Shown here piece after piece: positions 11,620 through 24,240 of a DNA stretch of 64,000 nt. The stretch spans positions 1,054,001 to 1,118,000 of the forward strand of contig OX597814.1 in NCBI GenBank assembly GCA_951406725.2, given 5' to 3'. Position 1 is the first letter of the stretch. Every line of letters starts with the position of its first letter. The notes beneath the pieces are model-generated. The model saw nothing but the letters and a program-made list of their open reading frames with translations. It did not search any database and had not been told where the DNA came from. The DNA is from Octopus vulgaris. Taxonomy: Eukaryota. A program made the position numbers and the translations under genes.

Positions 11620-12212
11620 ACCAGGATCTATTTTCCAGCTGGACAATTACCCAGTTCAAAAGGCTCAGAAAGTTTTGCAATAATATGGTGGTTCTTGAGT
11701 GGCCTCCACAGAGCTTGGATTTGAATCCGATAGAAAATTTATAGAATTATGTTTCTAGAAGAGTTCATGCTGAAAAACCAACAAATTTGTCCCAATTATA
11801 TAATTTCATTGAAGAAAGAAAGCAGAACATTCCAAATGATTTTTGTGCTCATTTGTTGAGTTCCATGTCCCGTGCCGTTGCAAGGCCATTATTGAAAATA
11901 ATGGCTATGGAACTAGATTTTAATAATAAATTTTTGTTTGTTGATCATTTGTGGCGTAAATTTTCAATTTAGACAAAATAATGTTGGTATGGTCTTAAAT
12001 TTATTTTGCTGAAAATTTTCAATCATTTGAATTAATTGTGCATTAAAAATATTTAAATTGTAGAAAGATACATAACACCTGTACCATTCAAAAGAGAAAA
12101 AAATTCTACATAAACTGTAAAAAGTAAAATAATTTTATACAGTTTTGTTAAAAATAAATTAACGAAGGAAGAGAACTGTCATCATCAGTCTTAAACTTAT
12201 TTTGGCCAGTGT
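11620..12212 (+). mobile_element. Tc1-like transposon relic (transposase C-terminus and right end)
   Basis: IFQLDN.P..K and VLEWPPQSLDLNPIENL motifs with stops/frameshifts; GTCTTAAA.TTATTTTG repeats at ~11992 and ~12188. Confidence 0.7.
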
Positions 12213-12248
12213 GTGTGTATGTATATATATTATATATATATATATATA

Positions 12249-12637
12249 TCATCATCGTTTATCGTCCGTTTTCCGCGCTAGCACAGGTTGGACGGTTCGA
12301 CCGGGGTCTGGGAAGCCAGGGGCTGCACCAAGCTCCAGTTTGATCTGGCAGTGTTTCTACAGCTGGATGCCCTTCCTAACGCCAACCACTCTGCGAGTGT
12401 AGTGGGTGCCTTTTACGTGCCACCTGCACAGGTGCCAGGGGAGTCTGGCATCGGCCACTATCAGTTGGTGCTTTTAATGTGCCACCGGCACAGAAGCCAG
12501 CCAAGGCGACGCTGGCATCGGCCACGTTCAGATGGTGCTTTTTATGTGCCACCGGCACAGAAGCCAGTGGAGGCAGCGCTGGCATCGGCCACGTTCGGAT
12601 GGTGCTTTTTATGTGCCACCGGCACAGAAGCCAGTCT
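12249..12637 (-). mobile_element. RTE LINE 3' UTR fragment with about four 60-bp repeats
   Basis: (CAT)n tail, core motif, GGTGCTTTTTATGTGCCACCGGCAC repeats. Confidence 0.85.
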
Positions 12638-12662
12638 GTTATTTTATTAAACACCTGTCCAT

Positions 12663-12707
12663 TGTCCGGAAATCTTTCGTCACGCATCTGTGACCTCTTC
12701 AGCAACA
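12663..12707 (-). ncRNA. Hammerhead-like motif (family F2)
   Basis: TGTTG-CTGAAGA-G-GTCACA(GATG)CGTGAC-GAAA-GATT-TC-CGGACA. Confidence 0.55.
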
Positions 12708-12911
12708 TTTTTTGTTTTCGTGTGTTCTTGCTCCACTTACTCCATTCTATTCTAAGATGTGTATTCTTATGTGCACATGTGTTTGTGTCCATGTTTGTGT
12801 GTATGCCTGTGTATGTGTGTGTCATAGTTTTTAGCAGCAGTGTGGCCTTTCTCTCAGGTGCCTTGGGGAAATTTCGAACATGGGTTCTCATTCTTATGGT
12901 GGAGGGTTTGA

Positions 12912-12946
<35 letters not shown>

Positions 12947-13135
12947 AAGTAAGGGGGTTTAGTTCACAGGTGATATAAACGATTAGGTACATTAGGTAAG
13001 TGCTGTAATGGATTACTGGGGCTCCAGGGTTATAGCCATCAATCAGCTGTAAGATTTTGAATTTCTTCCTAAAATAATAACGTATATGACTTGAGATGTT
13101 TGCCTTGCCTTAATGTTTGCTGTCCTCTTTAATAG

Positions 13136-13175
<40 letters not shown>

Positions 13176-13178
<3 letters not shown>

Positions 13179-13400
13179 GAGGTGCGTGGCTTAGTGGTTG
13201 GGGTGTCAGCATCATGATCGTAAGATTGTGGTTTCGATTTCTAGACCGGGCGACGCGTTGTGTTCTTGAGCAAAACACTTCATTTCACGTTGCTCCAGTC
13301 CACTCAGCTGACAAAAATGAGTAATGCTGTGATGGACTGGTGTCCCGTCCTCCTGGGGAACTCATATGTCATAAAAACCGGGAAACCAGGCCCATGAGTC
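13176..13400 (+). mobile_element. tRNA-derived SINE (TGTGTTCTTGAGCAAAACACTT central domain)
   Basis: GTGGCTTAGTGG A box and GGTTTCGATTTC B box. Degenerate relatives at ~9470-9560, ~10245-10365 and ~30195-30420. Confidence 0.75.
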
Positions 13401-13672
13401 CTTAGGTTCAATCCTGCGTAGATCCATAAGCGTAAGTCTTTAGGTTCAATCCTGCATATATCCATGTGGGTTAAAGTCCTGATAGAGTAGACATCCCAAG
13501 AAAAAGATGCGAATATATCAACGTTCAATATATGTATTAGAATAAAAGAGAGAATGGAATAAGTCTATCTGGAATAGTCGCAACAAGAAGTATATTAACA
13601 CAGAGAATTGTATTACCATGTAAATGGTAAGAATAGGAATGTACAATAGAGAATATGAAGATGTCTAAAAGT

Positions 13673-13754
13673 TCTTACGATCGTTTCGTGATTATGTAAC
13701 TGAATGGAATCGAAACGGTAATCATATTGAAGTTGCATAACCATTCTTCAGAGA
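13673..13754 (-). ncRNA. Type I hammerhead ribozyme motif (F3, left arm)
   Basis: TCT-CTGAAGA-A-TGGTTATGCAACT...AGTTACATAATCA-C-GAAA-CGATCG-TA-AGA. Confidence 0.8.
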
Positions 13755-14012
13755 TACAAAAAAGAAGAAAACCATTCTTAAAAGTTTATCCATGTTTCTA
13801 AGAATGAGTTAATCCATAGCAGTAGAGATAGGAATCATAAGAATTCTGTATCAATTTCCATATAGTAATCCGACAAGGTTTAGAGAGATTATCATAGTAG
13901 TAATCCAGTATAATTCTTTCATAATTCCTGTGATTCCTATCTATACCGCTATGGATTAACTCATTCTCATAAACACAGGTAAACTTCTAAGAACGGTTTT
14001 CTTTCTTTGATA

Positions 14013-14099
14013 TCTCTGAAGAATGGTTATGCAACTTCAATATGATTACCATTTTGATTTCACTCAGATAAGTTACATAATCATGAAACGATCGTAAGA
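14013..14099 (+). ncRNA. Type I hammerhead ribozyme motif (F3, right arm)
   Basis: TCT-CTGAAGA-ATGGTTATGCAACT...AGTTACATAATCAT-GAAA-CGATCG-TA-AGA. ~14-bp stem II, palindrome ACGATCGT, GUA cleavage triplet. Confidence 0.85.
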
Positions 14100-14124
14100 A
14101 CTTTTATTCATCTTCATATTCTAT

Positions 14125-14601
14125 ATTATTTACATTTGACAGATATTTGTCCTCATCTTGTTTGTTGTTAACATAACGTTTCAGCTGATATAACCACCAG
14201 CCTTCTTCAGGTGTCTTGAGGTAATTTCGAACCGATGGGTTATCATTCCTAAGGTATTTTTCGATGTTGTTATTATTATTATTATTATTATTATTCTATG
14301 TTTGACTTTTGCTTTGCATTTATAGAAGTTGGCTCCAAGTCTCACCCAGAGACCTCAAGAGACAACAAGTTAGAAGTTCATGTTGGTGTTATGCCTAGGG
14401 TGCCATATATTTGGTTTTGTACTTAGTGTTGTTCTAGAGAATGTTTAAGAAACCATAAGAAAATTATGAGTTTATTTAAAAATTTGAGATTACATAGAAA
14501 GTATGTTATGTATTATTATTATTATTATTCAGGTCACTGCCTGGAATCGAACTCTGAACCTTCGGGTTAGGTAGCCCGTGCTCTTAACCACTACACTATA
14601 T
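14125..14601 (-). mobile_element. Family F1 copy nested in F3, with hammerhead at 14171-14214
   Basis: tRNA-like head at 14530-14601; tail with ACAC-CTGAAGA-A-GGCTG..CAGCT-GAAA-CG-TT-ATGT. Confidence 0.8.
14297..14510 (-). mobile_element. Probable 3' end of a second (TAA)n-targeting (Dong-like) LINE
   Basis: Extra ~210 bp inside the (AAT)n linker of F1, flanked by TAA repeats. Minus strand starts with HNILSM* then UTR-like sequence. Family identity is inferred. Confidence 0.45.
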
Positions 14602-14992
14602 CCTCTATTATCCATTCCTTTTCTCACCATTTACGTGGTAATACAATTCTCTGTGTTAATATACTTCTTGTTGTGACAATTCCAAATATACTTATTCCAT
14701 TCTCTCTTATTCCATTCTAATATAGAACTGCTCTTTCACTTTACTCTCTGTCCTTAAGCAATTCTCTTCCAAGATCTTTGGGCAACGATCCAATTTGAGC
14801 ACTTAACTGCTGACACCCAATACAGTTTGTCCTAAAAAAGACTTTATTAATTATTTATATAACACGTTTATCAATTCGTTTTGCTAGATTCCTGATGTGA
14901 AACTGTGTGTTGGAGCAGATATTGTTGTCTGTCAGGACGGTCATTTTATTTATTTATTATTTTTTTGCCAAATATACGCACTTTTTTATTCC

Positions 14993-15218
14993 TTTATTCT
15001 TTTACTTGTTTCAGTCATTTGACTGTGGCCATGCTGGAGCACCGCCTTTTAGTCGAGCAAATTGACCCTAGGACTTATTCTTTGTAAGCCTAGTACTTAT
15101 TCTATCGGTCTCTTTTGCCGAACCGCTAAGCTACGGAGATGTAAACACACCAGCATCGGTTGTCAAGCGATGTTGGGGGGACAAACACAGACACACAAAC
15201 ATATGCACACACACACAA

Positions 15219-15282
<64 letters not shown>

Positions 15283-15459
15283 ATACATATATATGTGTAT
15301 ACATATATACAATGGGCTTCTTTCAGTTTCCGTCTACCAAATTCACTCACAAGGCTTTGGTCAGTCCGAGGCACTAGCCCAAGGTTCCACGCAGTGAGAC
15401 TGAACCTGAAACCATGTGGTTGGTAAGCAAGCTACTTACCACACAGCCACTCCTGCGCT
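14993..15459 (-). mobile_element. tRNA-derived SINE (internal (TA)/(TG) tract; same family as 62545-62931)
   Basis: Reverse complement of the full-length copy at 62545-62931, with a small internal deletion. Confidence 0.85.
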
Positions 15460-15464
15460 TATAT

Positions 15465-15930
15465 ATTTTTTTGTGTCTTTACTCGTTCATTACTGTTCTT
15501 ATTCTAATTCACGTCCATTGTCCAGAAATCTTTCGTCACACATCTGTGACCTCTTCAGCGACATTTTTCGTTTTCGCGTGCTTTCTTGCTCCACTTACTC
15601 CATTCCGCTCTTCTAAGATGTGTATGCATATGTGCGCATGTGTTTGTGTATGCCTCTGTGTGTGTGTGTCATAGTTTTTAGTAGCTGTGTGACCTTTCTC
15701 TAAGCCCTAACCTCTCGCCCCATAGTGCTGCTTCTGTCTTAAGACCCGAGAAAGAAAAAAAAAAGGGGGTACAGTTCCTATACAGAACGGAGCAAATAGA
15801 GCTAGAACACACACGGAAATGAAAAGTGTTGCTGAAGAGGTCACAGATGTGTGACAAAAGATCACCAGACAATGGACAGGCATTAAAATAATAAAATAAG
15901 AACAGTAATAAACAAGTGAAGAAAAAAAAA
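15465..15930. mobile_element. Fold-back element (family F2) with hammerhead-like motifs at 15519-15563 (-) and 15827-15871 (+)
   Basis: ~15465-15610 is an imperfect reverse complement of ~15783-15930. CTGAAGA-G-GTCACA(GATG)TGTGAC-GAAA core. Confidence 0.75.
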
Positions 15931-16023
15931 ATCTAGTTTGTGTATTTATTTGCCCCCCCCCCCCCTGAATAAAAATAAGAAAATAAAAATAAAATGACTA
16001 TCCTGAAATACAACAATACATAC

Positions 16024-16072
<49 letters not shown>

Positions 16073-16539
16073 CCTGCTCGCTTAGCCAACGGGGTGGCGT
16101 CATTTGAAGGCTAAAACAATGCGAAGCGCATTGTGACCAGCGATGTGTAGCAACATCTGATAGCCTGGTCGGTCATGGTGGTGGTGGTGGTGGTGATATA
16201 TATATATATATATATTTCTCTTTGTAATCACTTGATTTGTAAGAAATGATAGTCAAATCTCCCTCAACTCACACTCTACTGTCCTATAAGAAGATTGATT
16301 CAGTGGATGCTGTAGTACCAGTTATACTATATCTGAAAATAAGACCCAGTGGTCATGGTTGGATGGTCTTTGTCCATAAATCTGCGAATCAGGACCAACA
16401 TCAATTATGTTTTTATTCCCAGCTTCATCATCCCGAAGTCAGACCATTGCTTCTCTACCGTGACTCTTTCTCTCTCCTCTCTCTCCTCTCTCTCTCTCTT
16501 CTGTCTCTCCCCACCTCCTTTCCTCTTTCCCCCAATTTT

Positions 16540-16553
16540 GTAGCCATGGAGAC
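16540..16553. promoter_or_regulatory. RFX X-box-like motif GTAGCCATGGAGAC
   Basis: Near match to GTYNCCATGGNRAC; motif match only. Confidence 0.25.
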
Positions 16554-16650
16554 TTGTGACCTCTAACCCATGGTTTTACTTCAGTATATTTCTGAGTCAG
16601 ACTTGGTGTCTGTGGTTAAGTAGACTGGAATCTATGAATCATAGACAAAG

Positions 16651-16652
<2 letters not shown>

Positions 16653-16728
<76 letters not shown>

Positions 16729-17245
16729 GTTGCTGAGTCCTCTCTGGACACTTGCTCACTCCCCATTGGCCAGCTGAACCACCACCACCACCACCCTCTC
16801 CTTTTTGGCCAGATGCTCTGCTTGCCATTGTTGTGCATCGCGACCTCACTCACACATTCATGTACACACACACATACATGTATGCACACACGCACTCACA
16901 CATACACATCCATGCATGCGTGCACATACATACACATACACACACACACACAAACACACACACATCCACACTTACACACATGTATACACACACGCACACA
17001 CACACACATGCATGCATGTATGCACGGACATACATACACGCACACACATGTATACACACACGCACTCACACACACACACACACGCATGCATGCATGCACA
17101 TACATACACACACACACATCCACACTTACACACATGTATACACACACGCACTCACACACATATGCATGTATGCATGCACATACATACACACACACATGTA
17201 TACACACGCATTCACACACACATGCATGCATGTGCGCATATACAT

Positions 17246-17276
<31 letters not shown>

Positions 17277-17282
17277 CACACA
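16653..17282. repeat. (TG)n followed by compound (CA)-rich repeat
   Basis: Direct observation. Confidence 0.9.
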
Positions 17283-17851
17283 GTTAGCAAATACTCTGAG
17301 CTAGGTATGTGTGTATGTTGCCTGACCCCATCATGACCCCTACTTCCACTCCCACCTGATGCAACCTAATCATTACAAATGCTCCAGCTGGTCACGTCTA
17401 ATGCAGTGTTCAGTTGGACGTTGTGTGGTCTGTATTGTATGGCACAGTGCTTGTGTGTTGTGTGGTTCAAGGCTGGTGGTGTTGGGATGATAGCCGTCTT
17501 GGGAGGGAGGCGGTGGGACTGTATGGCCCAAGGGTGGGGAGTTTTGTACAAGGTTATACAGTGTTGCAAGGGGGTGTGGCTAGACTGGATGTTTGGTGTG
17601 TTGTGGTGCTAATGGTATGGGTGAGTGGGTGGTTCGGGGTGGGGGGGAGGGTACCACTGGACGCTGCAGTGTCATTAATGGAATTACAAATATGATGGAT
17701 GCTTAAAGAAAACCATTTCTGTAAAATCTGTCGAGCATATAAACAGGTTTGATTAAGTGCATAGTCCATGTTAAATTGGTAAATGATGGTTCCTGCTCTT
17801 GACTCTAGAAAAGCAAGATTTCATTTTCAGACCCCCACCTCCCCCCACCAC

Positions 17852-17865
17852 GTTTCTATGGAGAC
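17852..17865. promoter_or_regulatory. RFX X-box-like motif GTTTCTATGGAGAC
   Basis: Near match to the X-box consensus; motif match only. Confidence 0.3.
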
Positions 17866-18247
17866 CATCTCTCTTGGTTGCCTGAATCATATTTTCTGTA
17901 AAGAAGTACTTAAGTTGTTCTCTTTCGTAACACTTGTACTGAAGCATTTACCATTCTCGGTACCATGGTTATAGGTTGGTGCAGGTAATGTTATGTGGTA
18001 AAGAGTGCTTGCTTTGCAAATCAAGTTGTCCTGGGTTCAATTTCACTGAATAGAATTTTGGGTAAATGTCTTCCACTGTAGTCTTGGGTTGATCAATGTC
18101 TTGGACGTGGAATTTGGTAGATGGGAACTGTCCAGAAGTCCATTTGTGTCTGCCCAGTACAGTGTCTAAAGTGGTTAGCATTAAGGTCATCCAGCTATAG
18201 AAACCATGCCAAAACAGACTCTGGAACCGGATGTGGCTCCTGGCTTT

Positions 18248-18600
18248 GCCAGTTCCTGTCAAACCGTCCAACCCATGCCAGTTCCTGTCAAACCGTCCGA
18301 CCCATGCTAGTTCCTGTCAAACCGTCCGACCCATGCCAGTTCCTGTCAAACCGTCCGACCCATGCCAGTTCCTGTCAAACCGTCCAACCCATGCCAGTTC
18401 CTGTCAAACCGTCCGACCCATGCCAGTTCCTGTCAAACCGTCCGACCCATGCCAGTTCCTGTCAAACCGTCCGACCCATGCCAGTTCCTGTCAAACCGTC
18501 CGACCCATGCCAGTTCCTGTCAAACCGTCCGACCCATGCCAGTTCCTGTCAAACCGTCCAACCCATGCCAGTTCCTGTCAAATCGTCCAACCCATGCCAG
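18248..18600 (+). repeat. 29-bp minisatellite (~12 copies) within an RTE 3' tail (~18165-18635)
   Basis: GCCAGTTCCTGTCAAACCGTCC(G/A)ACCCAT repeated nearly perfectly, ending in CCAGCATGGAAAA and a GAT tail. Confidence 0.95.
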
Positions 18601-18808
18601 CATGGAAAAATGGATGTTAAATGATGATAATGATGTATAAAGCAGTGACACAGTGTATCTCTTTATGTCAGTCATAACTTAGCCATTCAATAAACAGAGA
18701 TTGATAAAATACGTATCAGACAGAAATAAGAATAGAGTAGGGATGGACTGAAAATCTTGAAGGTGGTGCTCCAGCAGGGTCACAATTTAGTGACTGAAAC
18801 AATTAAAA

Positions 18809-19375
18809 ATCATCATTTAATGTCTGCTTTCCATGCTGGCATGGGTTGGATAGTCTGACTGTAGGCTGGCAAGCCAGGAGTCTGCACCAGGCTCCAATCT
18901 GAACTGGCAGTGTTTCTACAGCTGGATGCCCTTCTTAATGCCAACCACTCTGAGAGTGTAGTGGGCACTTTTTACGTGCCACCGGCATGAGGGCCAGTCA
19001 GGCAGTACTGGCATTGACCATGCTCGAATGGTGCTTTTTATGTGCCACTGGCATGGGAGCCAGTCTGGTGGGACTGGCATCGACCACGCTCAAATGGTGC
19101 TTTTTATGTGCCATCAGTACAAGTGCCAGTCAGGTTATACTGGCATCATTATCATCATCATCATCATTGTTTAACGTCTGTTTTCCATGCTGGCAAGCCA
19201 GAAGGCTGCACCAGGCCCCAATCTGACCTGGCAAGGTTCTACAGCTGGATGCCCTTCCTAACGCCAACCAGTCTGAGAGTGTAGTGGGTGCTTTTATGTG
19301 CCACTAGCACAGGGGCCAGAGGAGCTGACATCGGCCACATTCAGATGGTGCTTTTTACATGCCACCAGCACAAGA
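18809..19375 (-). mobile_element. Two adjacent RTE LINE 3' UTR fragments
   Basis: Two (CAT)n-tailed copies starting at ~18809 and ~19145. Confidence 0.8.
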
Positions 19376-20559
19376 ATCTGGTCTTGGATTGAACCTGAAA
19401 CCACATGGTCATGAAGTAAACATCTTAACCGGCACCCATACTGAATTTTACACAAAACCACTGCAACAACAACCACAACAACACTATCCACCCCACTGAT
19501 ACTAAGCCGTGAAGAATGGGATGTAAAATGGTGGAAATCGTGTTAGATTAGTGTAGTTTATTAATGATTTGAGATGATTAACTGATTAAATCCTAATAAC
19601 CTGTTGACTTAATTCGAACGGCTCTTCTCTAAGCTGTAATTTCAGCTGTTACACTTAGTAACCATCCTCCCACCCTCGTCTATTTATGAGGAGGACGAGA
19701 ATGGTGAGGATGTTTACACAGCATAAACAAGGTATTGTTGGTTATAGGTTGTTTTTTTTTGTATATTTGTTTCATCTCCTCCTGACGACATTGAATCAAC
19801 TCTAAACAACATCGGAATAATTTGTCTTATGTGTATCTTTTTTTTCTTTTCTTTTTTTTAATTTTCTTTTTTTTTATCACTCTTCTTGATCTTGTCTCAG
19901 TTTTTTTACTCAGCAGCCATGTTGGGACACAACCTCCAAGGATTTTAGTCAAACAAATCGATTCCAGTACTTGGCCTTTTTGTTTTTATCTAAAGCCTGG
20001 TACTTATTCTGTCAGTCTCTCTTGTCGAACTGCTTAGTTACAGTGACGTAAATAAACGAATACCAGTTGTTGAACAGTGGTGAGGAACAGACACAAACAC
20101 TCACACACACACACACACACACACACACAAATGTATACATGCATATGTATCAGGGACGTGCCACCTAGGTAGGAAAGGTAGGCACTGCCTACCTTGAATA
20201 AAGAAGATCGATAGCAACATTTTCCTTTTATGGTATAATATGCACCTACTTTAATAAAATCATGAAGGTTACTCTGATTACTGTGCATAAAATACAAAAT
20301 ATTTTATTTTTTTGTAGATTATGTAGGCATAATTCTCCCCTGCTTTTCAATCTCAGTATTAAAGCTACGCATAGTACTGCTGTAGTACTCATGTGCTGCG
20401 TATACTTTTACAAAACTGTTCTTTTCAAGTGCTTTAAAAGCAGATGGAAATCAGCCTCTGACTCGTGCACCTGTGTTTCACTTATTTTTTGTGTGTTTTA
20501 CTACATAAAGGTCACTAACCGCCTGCCCCGAGTAATTACTGATAGCATGTGCCTGATAT

Positions 20560-20705
<146 letters not shown>

Positions 20706-20911
20706 AACATACATATGATGATGATGATGATGCAGCTGTTAATCCAGACCCAGTTTTTTTATCTCTCCATTTTCTTTTCCTCTCTCCATCTGTTTTCTCT
20801 CCTCATTCCTCTCTGTAGAAGAGCATAGGCTCCAATCACCAAAAACTTCTTCCGTTTTACCTGAGTGTCAAACTAATACACCGTGTTTGTTGTTTCCTCA
20901 CCTGTCTCGGT

Positions 20912-21435
20912 CATCATCACCATCTAACGTCTGCTTTCCATGCTGGCATGGGTGGGATGGTTTGACAGGAGCCAGCCAGGCAGAAGCCTGCACCAGACTT
21001 CTGTGACTGTTTTGGCAGGATTTTTACCGCTGGATGCCCTTCCTAACACCAGCCACTCAGCAGAGCATATGTCATCATCATCATCATCGTTTAACGTCCG
21101 CTTTCCATGCTGGCATGGGTTGGACGATTTGACTGAGGCCTGGTGAACCAGATGGCTGCACCAGGCTTCAGTCTTGATCTGGCAGAGTTTCTACAGCTGG
21201 ATGCCCTTCCTAACGCCAACCACTCCATGAGTGTAGTGGGTGCTTTTACGTGCCAGTCAGGCAGTACTGGCAATGGCTACGAAAATATCCTTTTGGTTTT
21301 TTTTTTTTTTTTTTACGTGTCACCTGCATATTGGCACAAGTGCCAGTAAGGCAATGCTGGTAATGATCGAATGGTGCTTTTTATGTGCCAGTTAGCTGCT
21401 CTGGCAATGATCACGCTTGGATGGTGCTCTAAGCA
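20912..21435 (-). mobile_element. Two adjacent RTE LINE 3' UTR fragments
   Basis: (CAT)n tails at ~20912 and ~21073, each with hairpin and core. Confidence 0.75.
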
Positions 21436-21907
21436 GACTGACCAGACTATCAGATGTTGTTTCACATTACTGGTCACAATGCACTTTGCATTGTTTTTGA
21501 TCTTCAGCCCATGGGCTAGGTGACCAGGTCAACACCCCCACCCACCCCCCGCTTGAAAGGGGGACTGGAGCAATGAAGTGTTTTGCTCAAGAATACCACA
21601 TGCCACCCAGTTTGAGAACTGAACTCATGATTTAGTGATTGTGAGTGTGACAGTCTAACCACCAGGTCACATGGCTTCATGTATACTATATATATATGTG
21701 TGTGTGTAAGGCGCCGAGTGAAATGCTTAGCGGTCTTTCATCTGTTGTTGCATTCTGAGTTCAAATTCTGCCGAGGTCGACTTTGCTTTTCATCCTCTCG
21801 GGGTCGATAAAGTACCAGTTTTGCACTGGATCGATGTAATCAACTTAATCCCTTTGTCTGTCCTTGTTTGTCCCCTCTATGTTTAGCCCCTTGTGAGTAG
21901 TAAAGAA

Positions 21908-21939
<32 letters not shown>

Positions 21940-23141
21940 ATACATACACACACACACACAATAGGCTTCCCTACAGTTTCCATCTATCAAATTCATTCAC
22001 AAGCTATTGGTTTGCTAAAGGGCTATAATAGAAGACACTAAAGCACTTTTTTGAAGGCACCACACAATGGGATTGAACCCACAACCACAAGGTTGCAAAG
22101 CAGGTTTCTTGACCACAAAGCCATGTCTGCATGTTTTACACATTCTTTTTAATCAATGTCGTTGTGTTTTTCTATTTGAAAAAAAACAAAACAACTTTTT
22201 TGTTGTTTTTCTTGTTTCCAACTTGATTCCAAGCTGTTATTGTTTTTTTTTTTTGTGTATGTGTGTGTGTTTATTTGCTTGTTTAAGCAGTTATTTACGA
22301 CTCATGAATCACCAATTTACAGGAATATATATATTTTTTCTTTCACTGTTTAACGATCGCTCTTAAATTAAACAACTAGGTTACTAAGATGAAGTTTTTG
22401 CTGCTGTGTCTCTGCTTTTTGTTATCGTTATTTTTTCTCATTAAACACACATGCACGCGCATGCGCGTATACTGTCTACGGTGGCGCTGAAGACAGCGAA
22501 TGTCTTTTACCACAAAAACTTGATATTCTCTTTAAATGTGTAAGGAATATATTAAAAAGAAAAGAAAGGACAGAAGCAAACAAACCGCCCTGCCTACCAT
22601 CTGTAGACAAACTGAAGCCATTCTGAAGAATACAGTATTATATTTACTCTGACATACATGGATTGTTCAAAGTAAATGTATCAGAATACGGAATATTGAT
22701 TATTTTCTATCACTGATAATTATTTAACAATTCCCGCTAATAATTGTCTCTCTCTTTCTCTCTCTCTCCTTATCGAAACATTCTTTTCATTATTCTAAAA
22801 ATGTTCTCTATTATTCTACATATTGATGTGCTAAACTCTGGTTTAACAAAAAAATTTTTTTTTTATTTGGTGTTGTTGTTGTTGTTGTGGTGGTAGTTGT
22901 TATGGTGATGGCTGTTTTTCTATTCGCCATGGTTATTGTTGTTGTTTTGGTGGTAGTGGTTATAGTGGTGATTGTTGTGGTCAGGGTGATGTTTGCAGTG
23001 GTGGTAGTGGTTGTATGATTATGGTAATCGTTGCAGTTATGATTGTGATGGTTGCAGCAGTTGGTGTTGTGGTAATGGTTGTTACTTGCGTTGTTGTTGT
23101 TGCTGTGGTAGTAGTGATAGTTTTTGTTATTATTATTCTTA

Positions 23142-23375
23142 AGGTGGTGAGCTGGCAGAATCATTAACACACCAGACAAAATGCTTGGCAGCATTTCATC
23201 CGTCTTTGTGTTCTGAGTTCAAATTCCGCTGAGGTCAACTTTGCCTTTTATCCTTTTGGGGTCAGTAAAATAAGTACCAGTTACGCACTGGGGTCGATGT
23301 AATTGACTTAATCTCTTTATCTGTCTTTGTTTGTCCCCTCTATGTTTAACCCCCTGTGGGCAGTAAAGAAATAAA
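23142..23375 (+). mobile_element. tRNA-derived SINE (same family as 38121-38353)
   Basis: GAGCTGGCAGAA head, GAGTTCAAATTCC B box. Further copies at ~21710-21910 (+), ~30460-30680 (-), ~33270-33420 (-), ~60780-60990 (-). Confidence 0.8.
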
Positions 23376-23720
23376 AAACTATAATTGATTTACCCCCTAC
23401 TCCCAAAATTGCTGGCCTTGTGCCAAAATGTGAACTTATTATTATCAAAATGGCGAGCTAGCAGAGTTGTTAACGTGCTGAACAAAATGTTTAGCAGTAT
23501 GTCAACTTTACCTGTCTTCCTTGTGGGGGTCGATGAAATAAATAGCACTTGGGCACTGGGGATTGTTGTAATCAACTGGACCTCCATCCCTTGTCCAAAA
23601 TTTCAAGTCTTGTGCCTACAGCAGAAAAGATTCTTATGGTCATTGTTGTTGTAGTGATAGTGGTGGTGGAAGGTCAGCCTCTCACCTTTCTCCTTTAGTG
23701 GTCTCCAAGACTGATAGCAA

Positions 23721-24240
23721 CATCATCATCATCATCATCGTTTAACGTCCGTTTTCCATGCTGGCATGGGTTGGACGGTTTGACTGAGGACTGGTGAGCC
23801 ACAAGGCTGCACCAGACTCAATCTGATGTCACAGAGTTTCTACAGCTGGATGCCCTTCCTAATGCCAACTACCCCGAGAGTGTAGTGGGTGCTTTTTACG
23901 TGCCACCGGCATGAGGGCCAGTCAGGTGGTACTGACAATGACCACGCTCAAATGGTGTCTTTTACATGCCACTGGCACACGTGCCGGTAAGGCAATGCTG
24001 GCAACGATCACGCTTGAATGGTGCTTTTCACATGTCACCAGCACGGGAGCCAATTTGTGGCCCTGGCAACGATCATGCTTGGATGTGCTTTGAACGTTCC
24101 ACTGGCACGAGTGCCAATCAGGCGGTACTGTCATCGACCACGTCAGCGATTTTGATTTGTTTACGCTTGCCACAATTGGTCTTTGCAAGCACAGTTCATT
24201 GTCCAATGAATGAGGGGTACTCATAAGTGGGCTGGTTACC
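23721..24240 (-). mobile_element. RTE LINE 3' UTR fragment
   Basis: (CAT)n tail, hairpin, core, repeats, upstream spacer. Confidence 0.85.

Larger units (their letters stand above)
13535..14722. mobile_element. Fold-back element (family F3), ~310-bp arms, right arm split by an F1 insertion
   Basis: 13535-13845 is the reverse complement of 13923-14125 plus ~14604-14722. Each arm carries a hammerhead motif. Confidence 0.85.

Noticed and set aside
18248-18600. CRISPR-like 29-bp repeats or a repetitive protein ORF
   Set aside because: No spacers. The ORFs are open only because the unit lacks stop codons, and the unit derives from the RTE tail.
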